Below are positions 18,928 to 28,989 of a stretch of DNA of 64,000 nt, piece after piece. The position numbers were made by a program, and so were the translations under genes. The stretch spans positions 1 through 64,000 of IMG/VR virus record IMGVR_UViG_3300029448_000003; one strand, 5' to 3'. Under the pieces are notes generated by a model. The model saw only the letters and a program-made list of their open reading frames with translations, did no database searches and had not been told where the DNA came from. Position 1 is the first letter of the stretch. Each line of letters begins with the position of its first letter. The DNA is from a virus.

Positions 18928-19980
18928 ATGTTTGGTTTTAATCCTTATTCGGCTGCTCCATTTTCTTCTGAAGGCACAATAAACGTAACAAAAATAATTG
19001 ATAATGTTACAGGTACATTTATACTAGGGTCTATATCCGTTAATGCAGGTTCTTTAATAATCCTAGACGGAGTAGAAAGTACAAGCAGTATAGGTACAGT
19101 AATACCTGTAGTCACTGAAATACTAGAAAATGTTACAGCAACAGGTGTAGTTGATAATGTTACTCTCGTTATTAGTAGCGTTGCAACAGCACAATCTCCA
19201 ATATCTATAGAAGCTACAAGTTCTATTGGAACAATTATACCAGTAGTTACAGAAGTTATTGCAGATGCAGCATTAACAATAACAACCACTGTTGAAGAAG
19301 TCATAGAATCTACAACAGAAATACTTGACAATATTACAGGAACACTTGTATTTAATACGGCAGGTATAACTGTTATTGTTACAGAGGTTATACAAAATCC
19401 TGAAGGAGTACAAGGTACAAGTAGTATAGGAACAGTAGTACCTATAATTACTGAAATACTAGAAAGTGTTACAGTAACAGGAACAGTTAATACTGCTACT
19501 CCTATTGCTAGTAGTGTTGCAACAGCACAATCTCCAACATCCATAGAAGCTATAAGTTCTGTTGGAACAGTTGTAACTACTATAACAGAAATATTAGATA
19601 GTGTTAGTGTTACAACTACAGTAGAAGAGTTTGTAGAAAATGTAACAGAAGTTGTTAGTGATGCTCCTATAACAGCAACAGGTGCAGTTAATAGTGTTAC
19701 TTTAATTATTAGTAGCACAAAAGACTTGACAAACAACACAATTCATGGTACTACTATAGTAGAAACATTAGCAGTTTCTGTTGTAGAATTTCCAACAGCA
19801 ATTACTTTAACTGCAACAGTAGAAGATGTAATTGAAGAAGCTGTTGAAATATTAAGTAATGTTACAGCTACAACTACAGTAGCTACTGATAGTAATATAA
19901 CAGCTACAGTATTTAACTTTCAAGCACATGCTGATAACTATAGTAAAAAACGTACTGTGTATATTTCAAGAGCAGCATAA
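18928..19980 (+). CDS. T/V/I/E-rich repetitive structural protein
   Basis: MFGFNPYSAAPFS start; repeated SSIGTV.P..TEIL units. Confidence 0.7.
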   Translation: MFGFNPYSAAPFSSEGTINVTKIIDNVTGTFILGSISVNAGSLIILDGVESTSSIGTVIPVVTEILENVTATGVVDNVTLVISSVATAQSPISIEATSSIGTIIPVVTEVIADAALTITTTVEEVIESTTEILDNITGTLVFNTAGITVIVTEVIQNPEGVQGTSSIGTVVPIITEILESVTVTGTVNTATPIASSVATAQSPTSIEAISSVGTVVTTITEILDSVSVTTTVEEFVENVTEVVSDAPITATGAVNSVTLIISSTKDLTNNTIHGTTIVETLAVSVVEFPTAITLTATVEDVIEEAVEILSNVTATTTVATDSNITATVFNFQAHADNYSKKRTVYISRAA

Positions 19981-20153
19981 TGTCAACAGTAAGTGAAAGA
20001 ACAATTTTAATACAAGAAGAAAATAGAAGTATTTATGTTAAGGCTGATTCTACATCAAGTCAACGAACAATTAGAATACCTGATGAAATCCGTACAATAC
20101 TAATTGAACGAACCTCTACATCAGCAGAAAGAACAATTTTAGTAAGGGAGTAA
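19980..20153 (+). CDS. 57-aa protein with repeated RT(I/V) motif
   Basis: Read manually: MSTVSERTILIQEENRSIYVKADSTSSQRTIRIPDEIRTILIERTSTSAERTILVRE; TAATG coupling. Confidence 0.7.
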   Translation: MSTVSERTILIQEENRSIYVKADSTSSQRTIRIPDEIRTILIERTSTSAERTILVRE

Positions 20154-20155
20154 CA

Positions 20156-20512
20156 ATGTCTTTTAGATGGCCCATTAAAGACCCAGATGAACGACTTGAC
20201 TACAGTATTGATTGGTCACGTTTTTTAGGTACTGCAACAATTTCAAGTACAGTTTGGTCTGTTAAATCAAATGTTTATAATACGGAAACTGTAATAGGAG
20301 ATGGTCAAACATTAACAGCAGCATCAAGTAGTGCAACAACAGATACCATATCAAAAATAGGTACAACAACTTTAGATAGTACATCACAAATTTGTACAAT
20401 ACAAATAGAAGGTGGTGTAGCTAATAGAGAATACACTTGGTTTTGTGCAATGACAGACAGCACAGGAAGTGTGGCAAAAAGAAGTATTAAATTAGCAGTA
20501 AGGGATAAATAA
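20156..20512 (+). CDS. Fiber-tail adaptor-like protein
   Basis: KDPDERLDYSIDW motif. Confidence 0.6.
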   Translation: MSFRWPIKDPDERLDYSIDWSRFLGTATISSTVWSVKSNVYNTETVIGDGQTLTAASSSATTDTISKIGTTTLDSTSQICTIQIEGGVANREYTWFCAMTDSTGSVAKRSIKLAVRDK

Positions 20513-20513
20513 A

Positions 20514-21266
20514 ATGGCATATAATTTTTTAGGTTTAGTAAATGATGTAAATAAAAGAGTTAATGAAGTACAATTAACATCATCTAATTTTGATACAGCA
20601 AAAGGTTTTTATGATTTAGGTAAAGATGCAGTTAACTCTGCTATACGATATATTAATCAGTCGGAATATGAATGGCCCTTTAATCATGTAACACAAGAAG
20701 ATATACTTACAATAGGTACAGCACGTTATCCATTTCCTGATGATGCTAAAACAATAAACTTTAAAACATTTAGAATTAAAGAAGATAGTACATTAGGTAA
20801 TTCAACAGTTAAATTAAGAGAGCTTAGTTATAATGAATATTTAGATAGGTTTGTAGACCAAGAATATAAAAGCAATCCTACACAAGGAGTACCTCGTCAC
20901 ATTATTAATGCTCCTTCTCTAGAATATATTGTTGAACCTGTATCTAAAAAAACATATACCTTAGTATATGAATATTATAGGATTGCTGTTGAGCTTTTAA
21001 ACGCTACTGATGTTCCTAATATACCTGAAAGATTTAGGCATATTGTTATAGATGGAGCGATGCATTATGCTTATTTATTTAGAGGTAATTCGCAAGATGC
21101 TATAATAGCTAAAGAAAAATTTGATGAGGGTGTTAAACATATGCGTTCACTATTAATTAATAACTATACCTATGTTCGTTCTTATATGATACCAACAGTA
21201 GCAGGTGGTAGAGGTAGAGTAGGTTCGTCTTTAACTAACTCAGGTTCATCCTTGGATTCATTATAA
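20514..21266 (+). CDS. Head-tail adaptor (tail tubular A-like)
   Basis: LVNDVNKRVNE, EWPF, P.IPERFRHIVIDGA; position. Confidence 0.7.
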   Translation: MAYNFLGLVNDVNKRVNEVQLTSSNFDTAKGFYDLGKDAVNSAIRYINQSEYEWPFNHVTQEDILTIGTARYPFPDDAKTINFKTFRIKEDSTLGNSTVKLRELSYNEYLDRFVDQEYKSNPTQGVPRHIINAPSLEYIVEPVSKKTYTLVYEYYRIAVELLNATDVPNIPERFRHIVIDGAMHYAYLFRGNSQDAIIAKEKFDEGVKHMRSLLINNYTYVRSYMIPTVAGGRGRVGSSLTNSGSSLDSL

Positions 21267-21267
21267 T

Positions 21268-23607
21268 ATGGCTGATGCATGGAAAACATATCCATTACCA
21301 TTTAAAGGTGGGTTAATTTCTAATCTTTCACCACTACAGCATGGTATGCAAAAACCTAGTAGTGCAAGAATACTCAGTAACTTTGAACCTTCAGTTCAAG
21401 GTGGGTATAGAAGAATAGAAGGCTATAGTAAATTTGATGATAACATCATTCCTTACTATGGTGAGCCTATAATTTTTGAAGAAGAAGCAGCAAGCTCGAC
21501 TGCAATTACATTAGCTAATATAGATATAGCTCCAACACAAGGTGATACATTTAAAATTGCAGGAGACAACACAATATACACAGTAGGAACTGTAACACCT
21601 ACAGATTTAGCAACAAAGAAACGAGTTACTTTTAATGTATCTCCAAACATTGCATCTACGGCTGCAACAAAAGCAGCTGTAACTTTCCAAACAGGTTCAG
21701 GTGATATAGAAGGATTACTAGCTTTTGAAGATACAGCAATTGCTTGTCGTGGAAATAATATATGGAACTCAGCAGGTGCAGCATCAGGCTGGACACGTAT
21801 TAATGTGCCCTCATATGGAACTGTAACTGCTAATGGTACTAACAATTCAAGTGCAAGTAGTATTAGTATGGCTGGATTATCAGCTAAACCACAAGCTGGT
21901 GATACATTTACTATTGCAGGTATTGCTAAAGTATATACAGTAACATCAAGTGCAACAGGAACAGGGACACAAACAATTAGTATAGACCCTAATTTAGCTG
22001 CAGCAGTAAGTAGTAACCAAGCTATTACATTCTTATCATGCAGTAGAAGTTCAATGACTAGGCATAGATTTGCTACATTTAATTTTGCAGGAACAGAAAC
22101 TGCAATAGGTGTTGATGGTGCTAATGCTCCTTTTAAGTATGATGGTTCAGTATTTACAGTTTTAAATGATGCACCTAGTGATGTTATAGGTAGTTCACAT
22201 GTTGTGAACTTTAAGAATAGAATATTTTATGGTAAAGGTTCTACATTAACTTATACAACAGATTTTGATGAAACAAATTTTACTGCAGCATCTGGTGCTG
22301 GAACTATTAATGTTGGTGGTGTTATTACCGGACTAGTAGTTTTTCGTGAGCAGTTAATTATTTTTACTGAAAGAAGTATTCTTAGATTAGTAGGTTCATC
22401 AGAATCTGATTTTAATTTACAGCCTATTACATTAGATATAGGATGTATACATGAAGATACCATACAAGAAATTGGTGGTGATATATTATTTCTAGGACCT
22501 GATGGCATTCGTTCATTAAGTGGTACAGATAAAATTGGAGACTTTGGTTTAGCTGTAGTATCAAAAGAAGTACAAGATGAGGTAATTAATTTTGTTAATA
22601 GAAATCAAACTTTTTCAAGTTTAGTTGTACGAGAAAAAAGTCAATACAGAATTTTTGGTTTTAATACAAGTATTACAGAATCATCTGCACAAGGTTTACT
22701 TGCTACACAATTACAAGAAGGTTTAGCATGGGGTGAGCTAAGAGGTATAAGAGCAAAGGAAGCATCTAGTAATTTAAATAGTGGTGCAGAACTTGCTATC
22801 TTTGGTAATACAGATGGATACATTTATAGAATGGAAAGTGGAAATAGTTTTGATAATAAAAATATAATTGCAACATTTGCTACTCCTTTTCTTCCTATTA
22901 CTGACCCAAGAGTAAGAAAGACATTATATAAAATGCATCTTTATACTGACCCTCAAGGAAGTTTTAATTCTAACTTTCAATTAAAATATGATTTTAGTAG
23001 TACTAATGTAGTACAACCCCCAACGATTATACTAAGTAATGCATCTGAATCAAATACACAGCCTATATTTGGCAATGTACAGTTTCTTCATGGTGGTTTA
23101 GTAAACAACGGAAGTAACTATGCAGCAAGTGGGAATGTATCTAAAATTGCTGTAGATAATCTTTCAAGTATATCAGGACTATTAGCAGGTGATACATTTC
23201 AAATAAGTAAATATAAATATAATGCAGATGGTACAACAACTGCTGTAGATAATGCAGATTTACATGGAACAGGTTCAGGTGCAAACTTTGTACCACAAGC
23301 ATACACACTAACAAGTTTTGGAACAGACGGAAATGGAACTAATGGCTTAATAAGTAGTAATGCTACTAATCTTGTTTTTACTCCAAACCTTGTGTCTGAC
23401 TTAGACGATAACACACATTTAACATTCACTAAAGTTGGTGATGTTCCTCAAATAACATATGGTGGGGAGTCATTACAGAGTATATTTGAAGAGCAAACTA
23501 CAGGTTCAGGATTTACTGCATCTCTACAATTTGATTCAGAATCACAAGATGCACCTTATTCATTTGATGCTGTAACATTAGAGTTTACAGAACATGCACA
23601 TTCATAA
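21268..23607 (+). CDS. Tail nozzle (tail tubular B / P22 gp10-like)
   Basis: FKGGL...NFEP...GGYRRIEG; DIGC...TIQE.GGDILFL..DG. Confidence 0.75.
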   Translation: MADAWKTYPLPFKGGLISNLSPLQHGMQKPSSARILSNFEPSVQGGYRRIEGYSKFDDNIIPYYGEPIIFEEEAASSTAITLANIDIAPTQGDTFKIAGDNTIYTVGTVTPTDLATKKRVTFNVSPNIASTAATKAAVTFQTGSGDIEGLLAFEDTAIACRGNNIWNSAGAASGWTRINVPSYGTVTANGTNNSSASSISMAGLSAKPQAGDTFTIAGIAKVYTVTSSATGTGTQTISIDPNLAAAVSSNQAITFLSCSRSSMTRHRFATFNFAGTETAIGVDGANAPFKYDGSVFTVLNDAPSDVIGSSHVVNFKNRIFYGKGSTLTYTTDFDETNFTAASGAGTINVGGVITGLVVFREQLIIFTERSILRLVGSSESDFNLQPITLDIGCIHEDTIQEIGGDILFLGPDGIRSLSGTDKIGDFGLAVVSKEVQDEVINFVNRNQTFSSLVVREKSQYRIFGFNTSITESSAQGLLATQLQEGLAWGELRGIRAKEASSNLNSGAELAIFGNTDGYIYRMESGNSFDNKNIIATFATPFLPITDPRVRKTLYKMHLYTDPQGSFNSNFQLKYDFSSTNVVQPPTIILSNASESNTQPIFGNVQFLHGGLVNNGSNYAASGNVSKIAVDNLSSISGLLAGDTFQISKYKYNADGTTTAVDNADLHGTGSGANFVPQAYTLTSFGTDGNGTNGLISSNATNLVFTPNLVSDLDDNTHLTFTKVGDVPQITYGGESLQSIFEEQTTGSGFTASLQFDSESQDAPYSFDAVTLEFTEHAHS

Positions 23608-23619
23608 AGGAAAGAAACT

Positions 23620-25707
23620 ATGGCAGGATACATAAGAAATGATACAACAAATAATATAGCAGATGGTAATATTATTAATGCTGCAGACTTAGATGGAGAG
23701 TTTGATGCCATTGCATCAGCCTTTACACAAGGTGGACATAACCATGATGGTACTGCACAACAAGGTGGAGCAGTATCTAAGATAGGACCAGCACAACAAA
23801 TAGAAGTTACTGCAAATACAATGCAACCAAAAACAAACAATACTACAGACTTAGGTACTCTTGGTTTAAGGTTTAACGATTTATTTATGCACGATAACAA
23901 TGTTATTAACTTAGGCAATGATAGTGATGTAACAATTGGCTATGATGAAGCAACAACAGACTCATTAAAAATAGCCGCAAAAGATGGTGCAGGATTAGCT
24001 ATTACATTAATGGCTGATAGAGGAGATGATGCAGGTGATGAATGGAAACTAAATGTAGCTGATGGTGGTGTAGTAACATTTGGTAATGATATAGCAAGTG
24101 CAGGAACATATGTGACACATTTAACTTTAACTCCAGATGCAACAGTTGCTGAGTCTAAACTAGATTTAGCAGGTGTGTTACAATTGTCAAATGGTACAGC
24201 AGCAATTCCATCATTAACAGCAACGACTGACCCTGACACTGGTTTTTTCTTTGGTGGAGGTGGTACAAATGCTTTATCTTTTGCATCAGGTGGTGTTGCA
24301 CAGTTTACTATGATAGATGGTGCTATCACTCCCTTGACAACTAGTGATATAGATTTAGGTACAAACCTTTTATACTTTAAAGATGCATTTATTGACAAGA
24401 TTACAACATCAGGTGTTATTGAACTAGGACATGCAGACCAAACTACATTGTCAGGTAGTAGTGGTGTTCTTTCTGTAGAAGGTGTAGCTGTTCTTGTAGC
24501 AGGAGCACAGACAGGTCTTACAACAGATTTTAATGTTGGTAGAAAAGTTGGTAGAGATGCAGATAACGTAGTTGATTTTGCTACAACAGACGATGAAATA
24601 CAGTTTGTTGCTGCGGGTACAAAAAGAGTAACCATAGATGCAGGTGGACTAACAGTTGATTCAGGGAGTATTGAAACAGCCACTATAGATTACATTGATG
24701 GTGATTTAGCTATGACTATAGCAGATGGTGGAGGAGTAACATTTGCTCAAGGTGTAACAATTACAGGTGACTTAACAGTTAATGGTGCTACAACAACAGT
24801 TAATACAGCTACCTTATCCGTTGAAGACCCATTAATTATACTAGCTAAAGCTAACGATTCTTCTGATACACTTGATATAGGTTTTTATGGATTGTATGAT
24901 AGCACAGGTTCACAAGATTTATATGCAGGTTTGTTTAGAGATGCTACTGATGGAAAGTTTAGATTATTTAAAGATTTACAAGATGCACCTACTACTACAG
25001 TTGATACTAGTGGAACAGGTTATGCTGTAGGTACACTTGTTGCAAATATAGAAGGTGCAACAACAGTTACAAGTACAACATTAATTGGTAAGTTAAAAAA
25101 GACAGCAAGTGATACAGAGTTTACTTTGCCTGCAGCCGATGGAAGTGCTAATCATGTTTTAACAACTGCTGGAAATGGTACTCTTTCATTTGCTGGAATA
25201 AACAACAATAGTTGGAATGGAGCAGATTTAGCTGTAGGAAATGGTGGTACAGGAGCTTCTGATGCAGCAGGTGCAAGAAATAATTTAGGGCTAGATACAG
25301 ATGATGATGTACGCTTTGATTCATTTGGTGTAGGCACAGGAGCAAGTGGTACAACAGGTGAGATTAGAGCAACCAATAATATTACTGCTTACTATTCATC
25401 TGACCAAAGGCTAAAAGAAAACATTGTAAATATACCAAATGCACTTGACAAAGTGATGGACATAAATGGTGTAGAGTTTGATTGGTCAACTGAATATATG
25501 GAAGCTCATGGTGGCGAAGATGATTTATTTAATCGTCAACATCAAGTGGGTGTTATAGCTCAAGAGGTAGAAAAGGTATTACCAGAAGTTGTAGCAGATA
25601 GACCTGATGGTTATAAAGCAGTTAGATATGAACAGTTAGTTCCACTTTTAATTGAAGCAATTAAAGAACTTAAAACAGAATTAGATGAACTAAAAAAGGG
25701 TGAGTAG
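23620..25707 (+). CDS. Tail fiber/spike with C-terminal intramolecular chaperone (peptidase S74)
   Basis: SSDQRLKENI...GVIAQEVEKVLPEVV...LLIEAIKEL. Confidence 0.88.
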   Translation: MAGYIRNDTTNNIADGNIINAADLDGEFDAIASAFTQGGHNHDGTAQQGGAVSKIGPAQQIEVTANTMQPKTNNTTDLGTLGLRFNDLFMHDNNVINLGNDSDVTIGYDEATTDSLKIAAKDGAGLAITLMADRGDDAGDEWKLNVADGGVVTFGNDIASAGTYVTHLTLTPDATVAESKLDLAGVLQLSNGTAAIPSLTATTDPDTGFFFGGGGTNALSFASGGVAQFTMIDGAITPLTTSDIDLGTNLLYFKDAFIDKITTSGVIELGHADQTTLSGSSGVLSVEGVAVLVAGAQTGLTTDFNVGRKVGRDADNVVDFATTDDEIQFVAAGTKRVTIDAGGLTVDSGSIETATIDYIDGDLAMTIADGGGVTFAQGVTITGDLTVNGATTTVNTATLSVEDPLIILAKANDSSDTLDIGFYGLYDSTGSQDLYAGLFRDATDGKFRLFKDLQDAPTTTVDTSGTGYAVGTLVANIEGATTVTSTTLIGKLKKTASDTEFTLPAADGSANHVLTTAGNGTLSFAGINNNSWNGADLAVGNGGTGASDAAGARNNLGLDTDDDVRFDSFGVGTGASGTTGEIRATNNITAYYSSDQRLKENIVNIPNALDKVMDINGVEFDWSTEYMEAHGGEDDLFNRQHQVGVIAQEVEKVLPEVVADRPDGYKAVRYEQLVPLLIEAIKELKTELDELKKGE

Positions 25708-25709
25708 AT

Positions 25710-26390
25710 ATGGCATTACCAGCTAGTGGAAATCCAATAAGCATGGGTCAAATGCGAACTGAGTTTGGCATAGTAGGTGCTATATCTATGAATCAATTAT
25801 ATAGAGGTGGTGGTGAAGTTCCTAGTACACAAACAACAACATCAACACAAAATCAAGGTGGAACAATAACAAAAGCTGCATTAGGAGGGGGTGGAACTTT
25901 AGGTCAAAATGGTTCTTATAACACAACAACTGTTGAAGCACTGCCAACAACACTTGCATCAGGCGATACAGTAGCAACTAACTCTAATATATTATCTACT
26001 ATTTCTGTAGCAAACACTGGTGGTTTTGCAGGAGGTGCTACTAATATATTCTTTTCAAACTCAAGTGGAACAAGAGTTGGAAATTATTTAGCATCACACG
26101 CATATAGTGTAAATACAAATGCAACAGTTACTTCTAATAAAAGTTTTTCTGGAACAATTGCTTCTAATCAAATAGGTGCAACACATTTAGCTTATCAAGT
26201 AAATGGTGGTGGAGCACAGTTTCAACAAGAAAATACAACTATTTCTTCTAGTTTAGCACAAGGCAGTATAACTTCTGTTCAAAACAGACAAGTATCAAGT
26301 ACATCAAACATAAATGCTACTGTTCCTACAGGGGGTGGTGGTGATACAGAATTTGAATTCTCTGATATGTACGGAGCATTTGATGTTTAA
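25710..26390 (+). CDS. Tail-fiber-associated protein
   Basis: MALPASGNPISM...EFG...LYRGG; C-terminal FSDMYG. Confidence 0.6.
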   Translation: MALPASGNPISMGQMRTEFGIVGAISMNQLYRGGGEVPSTQTTTSTQNQGGTITKAALGGGGTLGQNGSYNTTTVEALPTTLASGDTVATNSNILSTISVANTGGFAGGATNIFFSNSSGTRVGNYLASHAYSVNTNATVTSNKSFSGTIASNQIGATHLAYQVNGGGAQFQQENTTISSSLAQGSITSVQNRQVSSTSNINATVPTGGGGDTEFEFSDMYGAFDV

Positions 26391-26411
26391 TACAAATAAG
26401 GAAAACGCATA

Positions 26412-26645
26412 GTGGAAATAAACCCTATACTATTTTGGAATGGAATACTTACAGTTGTAATAGCTCCTGCTATATGGGTTTTTCGTGGTATGTTTGTAGA
26501 AATAAAAAGACTTGACATACTATTAAATAAAACAAGAGAAGAGTATGCAAAACGTGATGACGTTAAAGAAGATATGCATACTGTAATGGATGCTCTTCAA
26601 AGACTAGAAGACAAGTTAGATAAAATAATAATAGGAAATAAATAA
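26412..26645 (+). CDS. Small TM + coiled-coil protein
   Basis: N-terminal TM, LLNKTREEYA, RLEDKLDK. Confidence 0.65.
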   Translation: MEINPILFWNGILTVVIAPAIWVFRGMFVEIKRLDILLNKTREEYAKRDDVKEDMHTVMDALQRLEDKLDKIIIGNK

Positions 26646-28237
26646 TGGCACAGTTTAAAGCATTTAAACCAGAAGCAATGGAAAAGATTGCTCGTTCAAT
26701 GGGTCATCAAGGTGACATGAATACATTTCAACAGTTCCTTGTATCAAATCCAAATAAAAAAAGCATGATGGATACATATGAATTACAAGCAAAGTACATG
26801 GCATTAGGTGGTGTAGTTAGAAAAATGCAAGAAGGTGGAGACACTACCGAAGGAGATAATACTGAAGGTGGTGGTCTTATGGATGATACTATTGATAATA
26901 TTAACAACCCACAAGCTCCTAACAATACAGAGTTAAATCCTAAAAAACTTGGAGACTCAGATGATGATAGTCAAACAATGAAAAAGGGAACAGGAGATAT
27001 AGATAAAGATGTTAATATTGAAACTAAACAAGGGGACACAGAAACAGCTGCTGACGCAGGTAAAATATATGCTGAAACATATGAAGCCACACAAGTAAAA
27101 GATAAAACTCCTAAAGCAGAAACAAAAACAACAAGTGTATCTGATGAAATGCTAGTAAAGGCTGCTCAAGGAAAACTCACAGATGAAGAAAGAGCAACGT
27201 ATGAAGCGGCATTAAAGGCTGGACAAGCAGAAGTAACACGTAAGGCTACAGTTCAAGGTCAACTTGAAGAGATGAATAAAAATATAGAAGATGGTTCAAT
27301 ACCTTCTTACGCTACTGCTGCAGTAAGAGCGGCAATGAATGCAATGGCATCTCGTGGTTTAGGTGCAAGTAGCATGGCTACTGGTGCTATGATAAATGCA
27401 ATTATGGAATCATCTATTCCAATAGCTAAAGCAGATGCTGATACGTACAAAGAGTTTGGATTACAGAATGCAACCAATGCTCAGATGGCTACACTTGCTA
27501 AAGCTGCTGCTTTATCATCACTTAATATTACTAATTTAAATAATAGACAACAAGCTGTAGTAGAAAATGCAAAAACATTTTTAAAGGTTGACCTTGCTAA
27601 TTTAACTAATGCTCAACAGACAGAACTAACAAATGTTCATAACATGGTGCAGACACTTTTATCAGACCAAGCTGCAGACAACGCATCAAAACAATTTAAT
27701 GCTACTTCAGAAAACCAAGTCAATCAATTTATGGCTTCTCTTGTAAGCAACATTGAACAGTTTAATGCATCACAGTTAAACGCTATGGAAACATTTAATG
27801 TTGGTGAAGAAAATGCTATGGAAAAATTTGTAGAAGAACAAGAAAGTTTACGTGAGCAGTTTGAAACAAAGAACCAATTATTAATAGAACAATTTAATGC
27901 TACATGGAAACAACAAATAGTTACAACAGATACAGCAGCTGAAAACTATTCAAACGAATTTAACGCAAAAGCATTACTAGATATATCAAACACAGCCTAT
28001 GCTAATATGTGGTCACATATGAGTGACATGATGGAATGGGCATGGACTAGTGGTGAGAGTGGCAAAGATAGAGTACATGAAATAACGTTAGCTAACATTG
28101 ATGCTAAACTAAGAACAGAACTAAAACATCTTGACCTTGATGCAGGTGCATGGGGTGACATCGGAGAGTTTGTATCTAAGATGATGTTTAGTTCATCAAG
28201 TAATACAATGTTTAGTAAAATATTTAGTTTTTTTTAA
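26645..28237 (+). CDS. Internal virion / ejection protein
   Basis: 530 aa helical A/Q/N-rich; position after tail genes. Confidence 0.65.
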   Translation: MAQFKAFKPEAMEKIARSMGHQGDMNTFQQFLVSNPNKKSMMDTYELQAKYMALGGVVRKMQEGGDTTEGDNTEGGGLMDDTIDNINNPQAPNNTELNPKKLGDSDDDSQTMKKGTGDIDKDVNIETKQGDTETAADAGKIYAETYEATQVKDKTPKAETKTTSVSDEMLVKAAQGKLTDEERATYEAALKAGQAEVTRKATVQGQLEEMNKNIEDGSIPSYATAAVRAAMNAMASRGLGASSMATGAMINAIMESSIPIAKADADTYKEFGLQNATNAQMATLAKAAALSSLNITNLNNRQQAVVENAKTFLKVDLANLTNAQQTELTNVHNMVQTLLSDQAADNASKQFNATSENQVNQFMASLVSNIEQFNASQLNAMETFNVGEENAMEKFVEEQESLREQFETKNQLLIEQFNATWKQQIVTTDTAAENYSNEFNAKALLDISNTAYANMWSHMSDMMEWAWTSGESGKDRVHEITLANIDAKLRTELKHLDLDAGAWGDIGEFVSKMMFSSSSNTMFSKIFSFF

Positions 28238-28250
28238 ATAGGAGAAATAT

Positions 28251-28505
28251 ATGTTTGGAAAATCAAAGGCTGCTGAGATAGCTTATCAAAAACTAGTAGC
28301 TATAAAGGCACAGCAATATACGGACTTAAATCCTTCTGATGATTTTAGTGTTGAAAACATGAGAGGATTAGGAAGTAAAAGAATAAAGACTCGTAATCAA
28401 AAAGTCAAACAAAATAAAAAACAAGATGAAATGTTACGTATGGCAAAATTAGCACAACAAATAGAACAAGGATTTAAAAATGGTAATGCAACAACAGATG
28501 GCTAA
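28251..28505 (+). CDS. Hypothetical virion protein
   Basis: 84 aa with AGGAG RBS. Confidence 0.6.
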   Translation: MFGKSKAAEIAYQKLVAIKAQQYTDLNPSDDFSVENMRGLGSKRIKTRNQKVKQNKKQDEMLRMAKLAQQIEQGFKNGNATTDG

Positions 28506-28989
28506 TAAACCTGAGATAAGACCAACAGGTGCAATTCCCGGACAAGGAATGACAGCAGAAAAACATTCAAGACCTTGGTTAAATCCACCTAAATTAAATA
28601 GTGTTGAAGATACATTAGAGTTTTATCTTGAAAGAATGTTACAAGAAGAAGCAACAATGTCTATGTTGTCTATCATAAAAAGAAAAATGCCGATATCTTT
28701 ATTGGCAGAGTCAATGACTACTGGTGGTGTTATGCAGGGTATACACACTATAGATATAGCTATTCTAGTAAACCCTATTCTTATGGAGTTTATGAAGGGT
28801 ATGGCTGAGAGAGCTAACATTGAATATGTATTAGATTCAAGTATACCTAAAAAAGAAAGAACTAACTTTACTGCTCTTAGAGAAATTATGAATGAAAAAC
28901 TAGAAGCTAGTGAAGAGAAGATAGAAGAGGTTGGAGAAGAAATAAAAAGTCAAGGCTTAATGTCTAGACCAAAGGAGAATATGGAATGA
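28480..28989 (+). CDS. Internal virion protein
   Basis: IPGQGMT...RPW.NPP; GIHTID; C-terminal GLMSR. Confidence 0.65.
   Translation: MVMQQQMANKPEIRPTGAIPGQGMTAEKHSRPWLNPPKLNSVEDTLEFYLERMLQEEATMSMLSIIKRKMPISLLAESMTTGGVMQGIHTIDIAILVNPILMEFMKGMAERANIEYVLDSSIPKKERTNFTALREIMNEKLEASEEKIEEVGEEIKSQGLMSRPKENME

Noticed and set aside
18945-19739. Long antisense ORFs (also 23940..24683, 53427..54221, 10609..11145)
   Set aside because: Shadows of biased-codon plus-strand genes; no RBS or recognisable motifs.
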